The notes under the pieces: generated by a model
What the model was told of the DNA's origin: nothing
Databases searched by the model: none
Seen by the model: the letters and a program-made list of their open reading frames with translations, nothing else
Shown here: positions 49,192 through 58,697 of the stretch, in pieces
Layout: each line of letters begins with the position of its first letter
Position numbering within the stretch: position 1 is the stretch's first letter
Translations under genes and position numbers: made by a program
DNA from: a virus
DNA length: 64,000 bases
Strand: one strand, 5' to 3'
Virus record (IMG/VR): IMGVR_UViG_3300035182_000826
Location: 1-64,000 of that record

Positions 49192-50115
49192 ATGCTGAAT
49201 GATCCTAAAACCTACACGTATTCACCACGGTATGCCGGTGGTGACGTGAAGTTGCTTACCAGATCTAGTCGTAGATCAAAGCTGCTGGCTGGTGGTACGT
49301 ACTTCAGGTCTGTTCAGCGTGGTGAGCTATCGAACTTGATTAGCTGTGCTGTGCTCGAGGACGGGAACACCGGCGTGTTCATTCAGGTTCATGATGTGTT
49401 GAACTCGGCTGAAATGGTGACTCTGACTGGATTGAGCGCTCAAGTTCAAGTGCTGAGTTTTGATAGACCATTTGATAATGGGTATGAGACAGGCGTCTTA
49501 ATTCAAAAGAGTGGTGGTGAGGTGCGCGCACACATAATACGCATTAGGTGGCAGATAGCGGGTTCAACACTCACGTTCACATCAGAGACCATCACTGATC
49601 TTGGAACTATTCAGCTAAAGCAGTTGAACACTATTGGTGGAGTGCGATTTACCTTGTCAAACACCGCCTGGTCAGATGGTGACTCGCTTATGATTCATGC
49701 AAGATCGCAGTACACCATGCTGTCACAAATCACCGTGCAGGTAACTGACCCAGTCACTTCTGTTGTTACGCCAGTGACAGGCTGGAATATTGGCGCGCTT
49801 AGATCAGCATTGGCTAATTCGGCTACCACATGGGTAAAGATGCCTTCGCGTGGAACGACACAGACGCCAGCAACACCAGAGGATGTGTTAGACACAGGGG
49901 TGGATGAAGTTGTTATGACGGCGTTTCAGAAGACGTACATGAACGGTGGAGATGGCTTGCCAGCATCTCCTGATCTTGTTCTGACTGGCCCTGAACGTGC
50001 GCTGATTCACTTGAACTATGCTGAGTTAGATGACGGCTCACTAGGTGAGCACAACAAGGTGTACGAGTGGGTGGGTGAGTCATCTGCAGCCGGCTCATGG
50101 CAGATCTATGCTTAA
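49192..50115 (+). CDS. Hypothetical protein (probably virion-associated)
   Basis: 307 aa; last gene of the + strand structural operon. Confidence 0.6.
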   Translation: MLNDPKTYTYSPRYAGGDVKLLTRSSRRSKLLAGGTYFRSVQRGELSNLISCAVLEDGNTGVFIQVHDVLNSAEMVTLTGLSAQVQVLSFDRPFDNGYETGVLIQKSGGEVRAHIIRIRWQIAGSTLTFTSETITDLGTIQLKQLNTIGGVRFTLSNTAWSDGDSLMIHARSQYTMLSQITVQVTDPVTSVVTPVTGWNIGALRSALANSATTWVKMPSRGTTQTPATPEDVLDTGVDEVVMTAFQKTYMNGGDGLPASPDLVLTGPERALIHLNYAELDDGSLGEHNKVYEWVGESSAAGSWQIYA

Positions 50116-50255
50116 CCGGGTGTCGCCGGCTCACACCAAAATGCTCACCTATAGAACTTTATGTATTTTGAGACCGGTGTGAGCCGGGCCTCACCGGTGT
50201 CGCCGAGGGTGTACCCCGCTTAAGGTCGCCAGTTTCTGAGAAGGTGGCGCTTAGG
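50116..50255 (-). repeat. Inverted, degenerate copy of the palindromic module
   Basis: ccggtgtgagccgggcctcaccggtgtcgccgagggtgtaccccgcttaagg (50174-50225) is the reverse complement of the left arm plus flank; partner arm gtcgccggctcacacc at ~50122. Confidence 0.85.
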
Positions 50256-50297
50256 AAGGAAGCACTGCGTTGCAGTTGCTTTATTGGCTGAACTGGC

Positions 50298-50540
50298 GTA
50301 CGCCTCACCACAAAGAACACCTTCTAATTTGACACCTTTAAGTGCGGCACAAATGGCGCCCCACCTTAAGCGATAGAGCACACCCTCGGCGACACCGGTG
50401 AGGTCCGGCTCACACCGGCTAAGTGCTGTGCATAACTTATTGGCTGACCTGTCTGGTTTGAGCCGGCGTCGCCTCGTGTCGCCGGATGATGTTGAACCCG
50501 CTATCTGTCGGCTAATGCGCTCTATGGGCACGCACTGTGA
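50298..50540 (+). repeat. Complete outlying unit of the array
   Basis: ctaatttgacac...ccttaagcgatagagcac flank, 98-bp palindrome at 50387-50484 and 32-bp repeat at 50492. Confidence 0.95.
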
Positions 50541-50557
50541 ATGAAGATCGTGCAAAT

Positions 50558-50707
50558 TCGTTTCTTTGCCTTTGCAATCAACTTACCATCGTGGTAGAAG
50601 TCAGGTTGCGTAGGCCTGGTTGGACGCGGCCTCACCTTTTGATCAAGGACCGATGATGCAATTGTCACTTCACCTTTAGGAAATGGCCGGACATCTTTGT
50701 AGAGATT
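50558..50707 (-). pseudogene. Collapsed remnant of the 25-aa-repeat gene family
   Basis: The minus strand reads NLYKDVRPFPKGEVTIA...PDFYHDGKLI with no start codon, matching MNLYK, GPFPKGEDTIA and DFYYDGKLV of the two intact paralogues. Confidence 0.7.
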
Positions 50708-53700
50708 TACTTCACCTGTCTGATAACGGTTGATGTAAGCGCATCCACAATTTCAATGTCAGAGAGCTGTGCGCTTGAGAGCAGAATTTCATCAAACCCA
50801 CTTTCAACAGTGAAAAGGTCTCCAAAGGAGTTTGTTCCATATAGTGGAACCAACACAACGGACGCGACATCTACTGGCAGACGCTGGTGCATCAGTGACA
50901 ACAGATCAGTTGCATAGAACGTCTCACCGAAATCCCAATTCTTGATGTCAAAGTACGTGTTCACTACGTACAGCAGCTCTTCCTTGATGCGTTCATCGGT
51001 CAAGGTGCTTGATTGTGTCTTCACGACCTTGAACTTGGCTCTGTACTGAGGCTCAGCCAGTGATCCAAACAAGAGTTTGAACTTGCCAGAGTGAAGAACC
51101 ATTGTGTCGCTCATCATTTTGTTCTTCAATAGCGCTGAGTACGAGGTCTTTAGTTCAAGAGGAGTTGGCACATCTGGGGCGCTCGATTGCTCACCATTGA
51201 TGTATGAAACCATGCCGTCATAGTACCCCTGTGTAATCAGGTAAGCATCATGAATGTTCGTTGGTGAAGGATCAATCATGTTCGTGTATGGTGCAAAGTG
51301 CTGCCACATGAAGTCAAGACCGGTGTCATCACTTGAGATGGCTGGCATGCGCTGTCTTCTACCGAACACGGTTCCGTCTGTGCCCCATGCGGTAAACGAG
51401 CCGGCGCTCACACCACTGAATGCAGCCGCGGCCGTTGCAATGTCAGTGCTTGAGGTCAATAGGGTGATCGTTGAGGATGAAGGCTCAATCACGTAGTACT
51501 CGTAGCTACCAGCACTGAATGTCTCAAACTGCAACATGTAGTCTGGTGTCAAATCGCCAGAAGTGCTTGTTTGCAACATGTCACTTGGCATGATTTGGAG
51601 CTTATTGAAGTTTGTGACGCCGGTGCTGTCTTTGATTGGTCCTACCACATCATAGATCTGGTTCTTTTTCAAGACTGTGTTGTTCACATCGAGATTAGAG
51701 CGAAGGATCTTGATGTTGTCAAACACCCGCTTTTGAGTGTCATTGTCAATGAGTTGATCAACTTCATTGTACCAGAAGTTTGTTGTGTTAGATTCAACTG
51801 CCAATGACAAGTTCCGATAGTGGATTTCATAGCCAACGGATAGCTTCTTGATGAAAATCAACCAGCTGTATTGAGTGACATCTTGCGTGAACAAGAGCTC
51901 TTGCCCAACTGAAATCGTTCCACCAGCAAAATCTGGGAGCTGTGAGTACCCTAGGATCTCCCACCAACCGTTTAGATTGATCACTCCCGTGCTGTTGTAG
52001 TTCACATGATAAGCTGACGTGCGAGGTGTCAACACGCCATTGATAGTGTCAATCACGAAAGCGTCACCAGGTTCAAATGGAACACTACCAGCTGTAATCG
52101 TGAAGAAGCTCACAGATGTTTGGCTGCCTGGAGGTTGAACTTGGTATGTGTTGCCAACGACGCCGGTACTCAGTGTGCCCTGAATGCTTGAGCGCACATA
52201 GAAGGTTTCACCGTCAGCCGCGATTTCAATCGTCCACACGTCTGCATTTGGGACAGTTGTTAGGACACCACCAACGTAAGTTGTGTAAGTGCCGTTGATT
52301 ATCGCAGCATCTGTTGTTGACAATGTCAACGTACCAGAGCCAATGCCAAGCATGGTTCTATTGAACTTCAGTGCGAAGTAATCTTGTTCAGCAATTGGCT
52401 GCAGCCCAGAGCCAACGTCACCAGGTGGATACTTTGTAACACCGTCAATTGTGCGAGGCACAGTAGATTGATAGATCCGTGAGTCATCCTTTGGATAGAG
52501 CGCTGGGTCAGGAATCACGGCCCAAATCTGATTGTTCGTGCCTTCGACGTAGGAAAGTGGTTCACCATACCAGTGTCTGTCAATCAGACCTTGCATGGCG
52601 GTTTTTTCTTTCAATGATCCATCTGGAGTTGTACCGTCAATCAGCTTCACGTAACCATTTGATGATGAGAACAATCCAGACCTGTTGTCCTCAATGAAGG
52701 AGGTTCTTGGCGTTGACACAACACCGACAGTTGCAGCATCTGTAGCAGACAAGTGAGTAAGCGCTGTGATCATTCCATTTGTCGACAACAGTGGTTCGAT
52801 CACAGAGTCGATAAGGGCTTGGCCAGAAACCGTGGTCGTCAGTGAGTCAAGACCAAGCTCATATCGCGTCACCAAATCATCGCCGAACAGCTTCACATTT
52901 TCATATGACCCAGATGCATCGTTCCAGTCGATGTACTTTGGTTGGCCAGCAAAGGTTCTGTTGATCGTCTTCAACCGAAGGATTGATGGGTCCTTCAACA
53001 GGAACGTGTTGTAGTCCTGTCCATTCACCATTCGGTTCTGTGAATAGTAAGTGGCTGGAGCTGATTGTCTGATGTGTTCAATCGTTTCAGAGCCAGAGCC
53101 GTTCTGAAGAGTAGAGCACAAGCTGAACGTGAATGTGCACGTCTCGCTGTTGCCAGTGCTTGACTGATAAGTCACTGGCATTGCCGTGTTCACAATCTTG
53201 TTCTTTGCGATGACAATTGATCGGTTAATCGACTGTCTCATCCAAAATCTGAACAACCCCTGCGGCATATCAGCAAAGTCGCCATCACCGAACAGAACTG
53301 AAATCTGATCATTTTCGAGAGTGTCAACTTCGTACTTTGCACGAGTGGTTCTGTCAGTGTTGAAGATCAAGTTCTGTTCACTGATAGTGTCTACTTGAGC
53401 CCATCTTGCGGCAATGTCACCGTTTGAATTTACCTGCTGAACCCACACGTCAGTGTCATTCACGTTGTTTGGCAGGAATGTCAACTTACGGTTTGGTAAC
53501 TTGTCTTTGATGTTCAGATCAACCTTTGTCAGGGTGCCCTGCTTTGTGTAGCCAAGGAAGCCCGTGTAGTCAGACCCATCACCAATACCGTCATCAGCGT
53601 ATAAGATTGAGAACGAAGCTGATAGATCTGGCTCACGTTCAAATGGGCCATCTGCATCAAGATCAGCCGGAACTAGTTCCATCGGAAAGCTGTCCAGCCC

Positions 53701-54303
53701 TGTGTTTGCGGTGTAAGGAAAAACGCCATTCGTGAACGATGTCAGATCAGCGTCAAGCGAATAAAGATCCAAGTTCACATCATTCACTTGGAATGACTTT
53801 TGTGGTTGCCCATATCGTGTAGTCAAAACACGGTTCATAACCAAGAAGAACTGTTCCTTCCAGTTGCTGTTGTTCGGGTCATTCCACGTGATTGTCACAC
53901 CAGACAAATCAATACCACGGCTATCAATGACATGCTCAGTGGTTGTCACTGATGTGAACTTAACAAGCCCTCGCACAGGGATGTTTCTGGTCGCCTTGTA
54001 TGAAATCAGCTTTGCAAGTCTGAGAATGCTTTGCTTACGTTGTGCAGTCGTAATGAAGTTCTCATGTGACAACATGTCAACACGATATGAGAGTTGCTCA
54101 GCCACGTAGGCGAACATTTCAATCATTGCAATGAGTTCACTCGACTCTGTCAGGTCATTGAAGATTTCAGAGTAGTAAATCCGAAGGTAGTCAATGAGAG
54201 ACTGCTTGATCGTGTCAAAGTCGTACGCAGTAAAGTTCACCTCGCTAAATGCTTGGTAGATTGATTCCCACGTTTCGGCTGAATATGAAGTGCGAAGTGA
54301 CAT
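50707..54303 (-). CDS. Baseplate wedge protein (gp6-like)
   Basis: DFDTIKQSL..Y...FND..ESS....LSYRVDM...ENFITTA.R..SI.RLAK.ISY; V.FGDG; ETIE.IR..AP..Y..QNRMV...DY. TAAATA at 54332-54337 (minus). Confidence 0.85.
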   Translation of the reverse strand: MSLRTSYSAETWESIYQAFSEVNFTAYDFDTIKQSLIDYLRIYYSEIFNDLTESSELIAMIEMFAYVAEQLSYRVDMLSHENFITTAQRKQSILRLAKLISYKATRNIPVRGLVKFTSVTTTEHVIDSRGIDLSGVTITWNDPNNSNWKEQFFLVMNRVLTTRYGQPQKSFQVNDVNLDLYSLDADLTSFTNGVFPYTANTGLDSFPMELVPADLDADGPFEREPDLSASFSILYADDGIGDGSDYTGFLGYTKQGTLTKVDLNIKDKLPNRKLTFLPNNVNDTDVWVQQVNSNGDIAARWAQVDTISEQNLIFNTDRTTRAKYEVDTLENDQISVLFGDGDFADMPQGLFRFWMRQSINRSIVIAKNKIVNTAMPVTYQSSTGNSETCTFTFSLCSTLQNGSGSETIEHIRQSAPATYYSQNRMVNGQDYNTFLLKDPSILRLKTINRTFAGQPKYIDWNDASGSYENVKLFGDDLVTRYELGLDSLTTTVSGQALIDSVIEPLLSTNGMITALTHLSATDAATVGVVSTPRTSFIEDNRSGLFSSSNGYVKLIDGTTPDGSLKEKTAMQGLIDRHWYGEPLSYVEGTNNQIWAVIPDPALYPKDDSRIYQSTVPRTIDGVTKYPPGDVGSGLQPIAEQDYFALKFNRTMLGIGSGTLTLSTTDAAIINGTYTTYVGGVLTTVPNADVWTIEIAADGETFYVRSSIQGTLSTGVVGNTYQVQPPGSQTSVSFFTITAGSVPFEPGDAFVIDTINGVLTPRTSAYHVNYNSTGVINLNGWWEILGYSQLPDFAGGTISVGQELLFTQDVTQYSWLIFIKKLSVGYEIHYRNLSLAVESNTTNFWYNEVDQLIDNDTQKRVFDNIKILRSNLDVNNTVLKKNQIYDVVGPIKDSTGVTNFNKLQIMPSDMLQTSTSGDLTPDYMLQFETFSAGSYEYYVIEPSSSTITLLTSSTDIATAAAAFSGVSAGSFTAWGTDGTVFGRRQRMPAISSDDTGLDFMWQHFAPYTNMIDPSPTNIHDAYLITQGYYDGMVSYINGEQSSAPDVPTPLELKTSYSALLKNKMMSDTMVLHSGKFKLLFGSLAEPQYRAKFKVVKTQSSTLTDERIKEELLYVVNTYFDIKNWDFGETFYATDLLSLMHQRLPVDVASVVLVPLYGTNSFGDLFTVESGFDEILLSSAQLSDIEIVDALTSTVIRQVK

Positions 54304-54354
54304 GTTGTATCTTTGTCGTTGGACCTTGTGGTATTTACATTGATGGCCGATGCA

Positions 54355-54741
54355 TCAGGTCATGCTGAATTCAAGCTTCAGCGTTTCAGTGATGTTCAAT
54401 TCCACATAGTACAAGTCCATGAATGCAGCGATCATGTTGTTGTCTGGCAGCACCTGAATTGACAGATCCTTGAGCTGTAGTCTAGGGTCGTAGTCAACCG
54501 CCTTTTGCAAATCAGCCTTGATGATTTCCAATGTCTTTTGATCAGCCTGTTCAAAGGTAAGGAGTGGAATTCTCGTGCCAAATGATGGCATTCCAACACG
54601 CTCACCTGGTACAGTGTAAATGAAGTTCAACAAGTCCTGCTTTACAAGCTCAAGGTTCGTAAGCATGAACCCAGCCTTCTTGTCCTGCAAGAAGTTAGCC
54701 GTGCTGAACCCGCGATAAAGTGGTAGTGCTCTAGCCATCAT
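54355..54741 (-). CDS. gp25-like baseplate/sheath-initiation protein
   Basis: LVKQDLLN...T.PGERV.MP.FGT.I..L.FE...YDPRL. Confidence 0.85.
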   Translation of the reverse strand: MMARALPLYRGFSTANFLQDKKAGFMLTNLELVKQDLLNFIYTVPGERVGMPSFGTRIPLLTFEQADQKTLEIIKADLQKAVDYDPRLQLKDLSIQVLPDNNMIAAFMDLYYVELNITETLKLEFSMT

Positions 54742-55823
54742 GCTTTCCAATTCTTGTTTCTTGTCATAGATGAAGCAGCTCTAGTCCATGGCTCGTGTGT
54801 TGGCACGATCGTTGGGCTTTCAGGGCAGCTCGCGCTTTCAGCGGTTGGCCCATTCAGGTGAATGTTTGCTCCAGTCTGAATGATGTTCCCGCCGGCTAAC
54901 AAATTCATAGCTGCGCCAGAATCAATATTTACCCCCTTACCTGAGATGTTGAAATCATCACAGGCGGCTTGGTACATGCTACCGGTTGATTGAAGGTGAA
55001 TGTTTGCCGCTGACACTTTGAAGTCACCAACACAGGTGATGTTCATGTCACCACCAGTGCTGACACCAATGTCACCCTCGGCGTAAACATGGACACGTCC
55101 ATCCTGATCAAGTTCAATCCACGACCTGCCTTGAGCGGTTGAAACGTAAATCCGCTCATTAGCGTCGTCCATAATGAGCTGATGTCCAGCTGCGGTCTTG
55201 ATTCTGACTCTTCCAGTTGCAGGATTATCCTGCATGATGATTGAGTGCCTGCCGGGTGTTGTGATGCAGTATGTTTGCGGATCAAGTGCCGCAGAGTCAA
55301 CTACATCAGTCTGATAGCCTTCAGTTCCATCTTTCTCAGTCTTGTCCTGCGCGACGGCGCGCTCATAGACGCCACGAGTCTGTGCTTCACTGGCCGTAAG
55401 CTTGTTGTTGAACTGCACTTTCAGATTTGCAGCAGCAGGCTGAACTGGCTCAAACGTGTCAGTCAACGGGCCTGCTGCAATGTCAGGTCTGTTCCGCCCA
55501 GCAGGCAGTGATCTGTTTCCGTGGTCTCTGAAATATGAACCAACGTAGACACGGCGGTTTGGATCATTGTATAGGAAATCGACGTAGCAGAGGGCACCAG
55601 CCTTTGGTGGTGCCCAGAAGCCATATGAGACAAGTCCAGATGAAACTGTTCCGGCTGGACCGGCCGGGAAATCACGTGTCTGCCCCCCAATTGGGGTTGC
55701 GTACGAAGCCCATGGCAAATCTTGAATGGAGTATTCATCACCATCAACCGACGGCACCCAGATTTTTAGACGCCCCATTTGCTGGGGATCATTAGTGTCA
55801 AGCACAACGCCTTCACGCAGCAT
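54738..55823 (-). CDS. Baseplate central spike (gp5/gpV-like)
   Basis: OB-fold GVV.D.NDP..MGRLKIWVP...LPWA, then beta-helix repeats ending NIHLNG; no lysozyme domain. Confidence 0.85.
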   Translation of the reverse strand: MLREGVVLDTNDPQQMGRLKIWVPSVDGDEYSIQDLPWASYATPIGGQTRDFPAGPAGTVSSGLVSYGFWAPPKAGALCYVDFLYNDPNRRVYVGSYFRDHGNRSLPAGRNRPDIAAGPLTDTFEPVQPAAANLKVQFNNKLTASEAQTRGVYERAVAQDKTEKDGTEGYQTDVVDSAALDPQTYCITTPGRHSIIMQDNPATGRVRIKTAAGHQLIMDDANERIYVSTAQGRSWIELDQDGRVHVYAEGDIGVSTGGDMNITCVGDFKVSAANIHLQSTGSMYQAACDDFNISGKGVNIDSGAAMNLLAGGNIIQTGANIHLNGPTAESASCPESPTIVPTHEPWTRAASSMTRNKNWKA

Positions 55824-57937
55824 TACACGTCCTTCACGGTTGACGAGGTTGCGCCTTGAACTGTTTGCCCAGGGTAACCAAACACACTGAACGAGTGAAG
55901 TTCAACCTCTTGTGTAAATCTTGATCCACTGATTAGGCTCCTGATTGTGCCAGCCCAGTAGAAATTGTCGTAGAACAGCTGTGCTGAGTAATCACCGCTG
56001 AGCTGCTCATTTGTTCTGAAATCAACATTTGGACCGTACACATTCACCTTGAAGAATAATGGTGAAGTGGTAAAGCTTGGGCCGGTGAAGGCCTTTGACG
56101 TCAGGGTGAAAGTGCCGTCGCCATTGTTGGTGGCGCCAGAGGTAATGCCAAGCGACTTCTCGAACGCCGCTCTGTACTCTGACTTGACTCCAGTATTCAC
56201 AGAACTAGTGCCGGATGCACCGGTTGTCACCGAGTTCACATGCTGCTGAATGGTTGGTAGAGTCACACCAACTAATATGTCAGGGTTGCCGCGGAGCTCT
56301 AATTTAGCCGTGATTGGACCCGCGTTGTAGAACGCTGAAATGTTTCTTGTGTACTGCTGAGCCACAGACTGTGGCGTTTCACCATCTGTGTCACCCGCGA
56401 TCGCGCTGTAATTTGAAAAATTCTGACGCTCCAAGTGCGTTCTCTTTGGCAGCAGCATTGGGTCCTTTGCACGCATGCCATACACGTTCCGTTTGTCAGT
56501 GCTTGTTGTGTTCCCATCTGTTTGATTCTGCCCCTCATCAGCCGTGACGAACAACTCACTCTGCCCAAGCTTGACGCCTTGCATTAGCATGATGTTCAAG
56601 TTCTCAATTTTCAGATCAAGAGACAAAACATCAAGGTTCTTTCCAGAGAAGATGTAGTCATATTCAACAAAGTTCTTCGGCACTGATTTCACGACCCCGT
56701 TCTCTGTTGTTTGGGTGAACAGATTTTGAGGGTAATCACCGCTCGAGTTCTCTTTGGTTGCCATGTCGACGTTTGGCACAATGAACTCAACCACATCAAC
56801 GTGCACAGTGAAGTTCGTGTCATCACTGGTGATTGACACGATGTGCTTGTAGAACTTCACAGCTGTGGTCTTGTTCGTCTTTGAGAAGTTACCAAGCTTA
56901 GCTACTTCGATTGTCTGCTCAAAGATTTTGTCAAGCACTTCAGTTAGCGACAGCTCGGGGTCTACCGCAACATAGCTGTCCTTGGCGGTAGCAGGTGAGT
57001 TCTTGTTCGCTGCCTGTTTCTTAGTGGCTTCGTTCTTACGCTTGGCCTCTTCATTCTCAAGTAAGGTCTTGAAGTTGATTTCAGTGGCCGCCCCAGTTGT
57101 CGGACCAGCAAAGGTAAAGTTCTCCCAAGATGCTGGGATGGTGATCATGTACTGGACAGGTCGCCCAAAATTGCTGGTGGTCTCAACTGTTGTTGCCCCT
57201 GGTGTTGGGTTGATCTGAGCATTCAGCTGCTTGTACCGAACCATTGACAGATCGTTCAGCTGCTTTTCAAATGATGCAACCACTGCACCAAGGGTGTTCG
57301 CACTCTTGCCAGTGAAGTACGAAGAGGCCGTGCCAATTGAACTCCAGGCAAAGTTGTAATTGGAGTTCGTGCTAACACCGATCATTGGGTAGCACTTGCA
57401 CTCATAAATGCCACGCACCTCATTCAAATCAACTTGGATCTGAGAGAAGATGCATGGAATGCTTGTTGATTGAATCAACGAAGTTGACCCGTCTGGCTTG
57501 TGCCCAATGAACAGAATCTTCAGCAGTAGTGTCATGCCTTGGTATGACACCTGCAGCTTCTGATCCATAATGTACTGAAGAAAGTTCGCAAAGGAAATGC
57601 CAACACTGTCAATCACATTGAATGACATTTCTAGCCCAACAGCGTTCGGTGATCTTGAGCCGGGCACATTGAACCCAGCAACACTGGTCGTTAGCGCGAA
57701 GTTATCGATCGTGAATTGCGAGAACCGACGGGTGTCAATGACCAAGAACGCTGAGTTGTTGTCAATCGTCTTTATCTCAGATCCAAGTGCCGTTGCGCTA
57801 TCAATTCGAGCCAGCATCTCTTGATTTGACGCTGGCTCAGTAAAGCTTCTGACAGCTTCAGTGGATCTAGCTGCTAAGAGCACGTAATGAATACTGTGTG
57901 ATTGGTATTCATCAAGGGGGTTTTTGATCTTTGCCAT
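55823..57937 (-). CDS. Baseplate hub-like protein
   Basis: NPLDEY, EYDYIFSGKNLDVL and LELRGNPD; positioned between gp53-like and spike genes. Confidence 0.6.
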   Translation of the reverse strand: MAKIKNPLDEYQSHSIHYVLLAARSTEAVRSFTEPASNQEMLARIDSATALGSEIKTIDNNSAFLVIDTRRFSQFTIDNFALTTSVAGFNVPGSRSPNAVGLEMSFNVIDSVGISFANFLQYIMDQKLQVSYQGMTLLLKILFIGHKPDGSTSLIQSTSIPCIFSQIQVDLNEVRGIYECKCYPMIGVSTNSNYNFAWSSIGTASSYFTGKSANTLGAVVASFEKQLNDLSMVRYKQLNAQINPTPGATTVETTSNFGRPVQYMITIPASWENFTFAGPTTGAATEINFKTLLENEEAKRKNEATKKQAANKNSPATAKDSYVAVDPELSLTEVLDKIFEQTIEVAKLGNFSKTNKTTAVKFYKHIVSITSDDTNFTVHVDVVEFIVPNVDMATKENSSGDYPQNLFTQTTENGVVKSVPKNFVEYDYIFSGKNLDVLSLDLKIENLNIMLMQGVKLGQSELFVTADEGQNQTDGNTTSTDKRNVYGMRAKDPMLLPKRTHLERQNFSNYSAIAGDTDGETPQSVAQQYTRNISAFYNAGPITAKLELRGNPDILVGVTLPTIQQHVNSVTTGASGTSSVNTGVKSEYRAAFEKSLGITSGATNNGDGTFTLTSKAFTGPSFTTSPLFFKVNVYGPNVDFRTNEQLSGDYSAQLFYDNFYWAGTIRSLISGSRFTQEVELHSFSVFGYPGQTVQGATSSTVKDV

Positions 57938-58317
57938 TAGACGATCGGGGTAATTGGATTAGTCGGCACTGTTCGTGTGCTTGTGTACCCACCAAGTCGG
58001 CCTTGCATTAGCTGTTGTGCTCTTGACTTGGTTGGAATACGAAGAACTCGACCAACTGAAACCTCCTGTTCAGGATCAAGAATTGCGTTGTACTGAGCAA
58101 TTAGCCACCACATTGACCACTTGTCTTCTCCATAGTAAGCAGCTGCAATCAGATCGATTCTGCCTGCAGTTAGTGAATCCACAACATAGATCAAATCAGT
58201 TTCATCAGTCTGGAACTGGGTTCTCTCCCACCATTCCAATGCTGAACTGTTCACCTCGGTCTGGCCACCAGCTGTATACCGTGACGATGAAAGTAAAGTT
58301 GAGTTCTTTTCAGCCAT
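57937..58317 (-). CDS. gp53-like LysM baseplate wedge protein
   Basis: GRIDLIAAAYYG....WWLIAQYN.ILDP....VGRVLRIP. Confidence 0.8.
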   Translation of the reverse strand: MAEKNSTLLSSSRYTAGGQTEVNSSALEWWERTQFQTDETDLIYVVDSLTAGRIDLIAAAYYGEDKWSMWWLIAQYNAILDPEQEVSVGRVLRIPTKSRAQQLMQGRLGGYTSTRTVPTNPITPIV

Positions 58318-58697
58318 TATTTATTTCCACGAGGTGTGAGGTGTTTCTTCCAATCTGGGTCACCTAAGAATTTTCCGTATTCAAATGAGAACCCGTTGCT
58401 CTTCGCGATTGCTGGTTCGCCAGGTGGCCATCTGCCCTTGATGACATTTTTAACATAAAGATATGCACACACGGAACTTTTTGCAATCGTGTCTTCGCCC
58501 TTTGGAAATGGGCCGTGGAGGACATCTGTAGCATAAAGATATGCATACACTGGGTCTTTTGCAAGCGCATTTTCCCGCTTCTTCAGCTCACTTGGGTTAT
58601 TCTTATATTTCTCCCAAACCAATTTTGGCACAGCTTCATGCGCCGCGTCATAATGCTTAAGAGACTTTGGGTCTGAATGGTGCTTGTAGATGTTCAT
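58317..58697 (-). CDS. 25-aa-repeat protein, short paralogue of 38292-38906
   Basis: MNIYKHH...WEKYK...AYLYATDVLHGPFPKGEDTIAK; two to three repeats. Confidence 0.8.
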   Translation of the reverse strand: MNIYKHHSDPKSLKHYDAAHEAVPKLVWEKYKNNPSELKKRENALAKDPVYAYLYATDVLHGPFPKGEDTIAKSSVCAYLYVKNVIKGRWPPGEPAIAKSNGFSFEYGKFLGDPDWKKHLTPRGNK

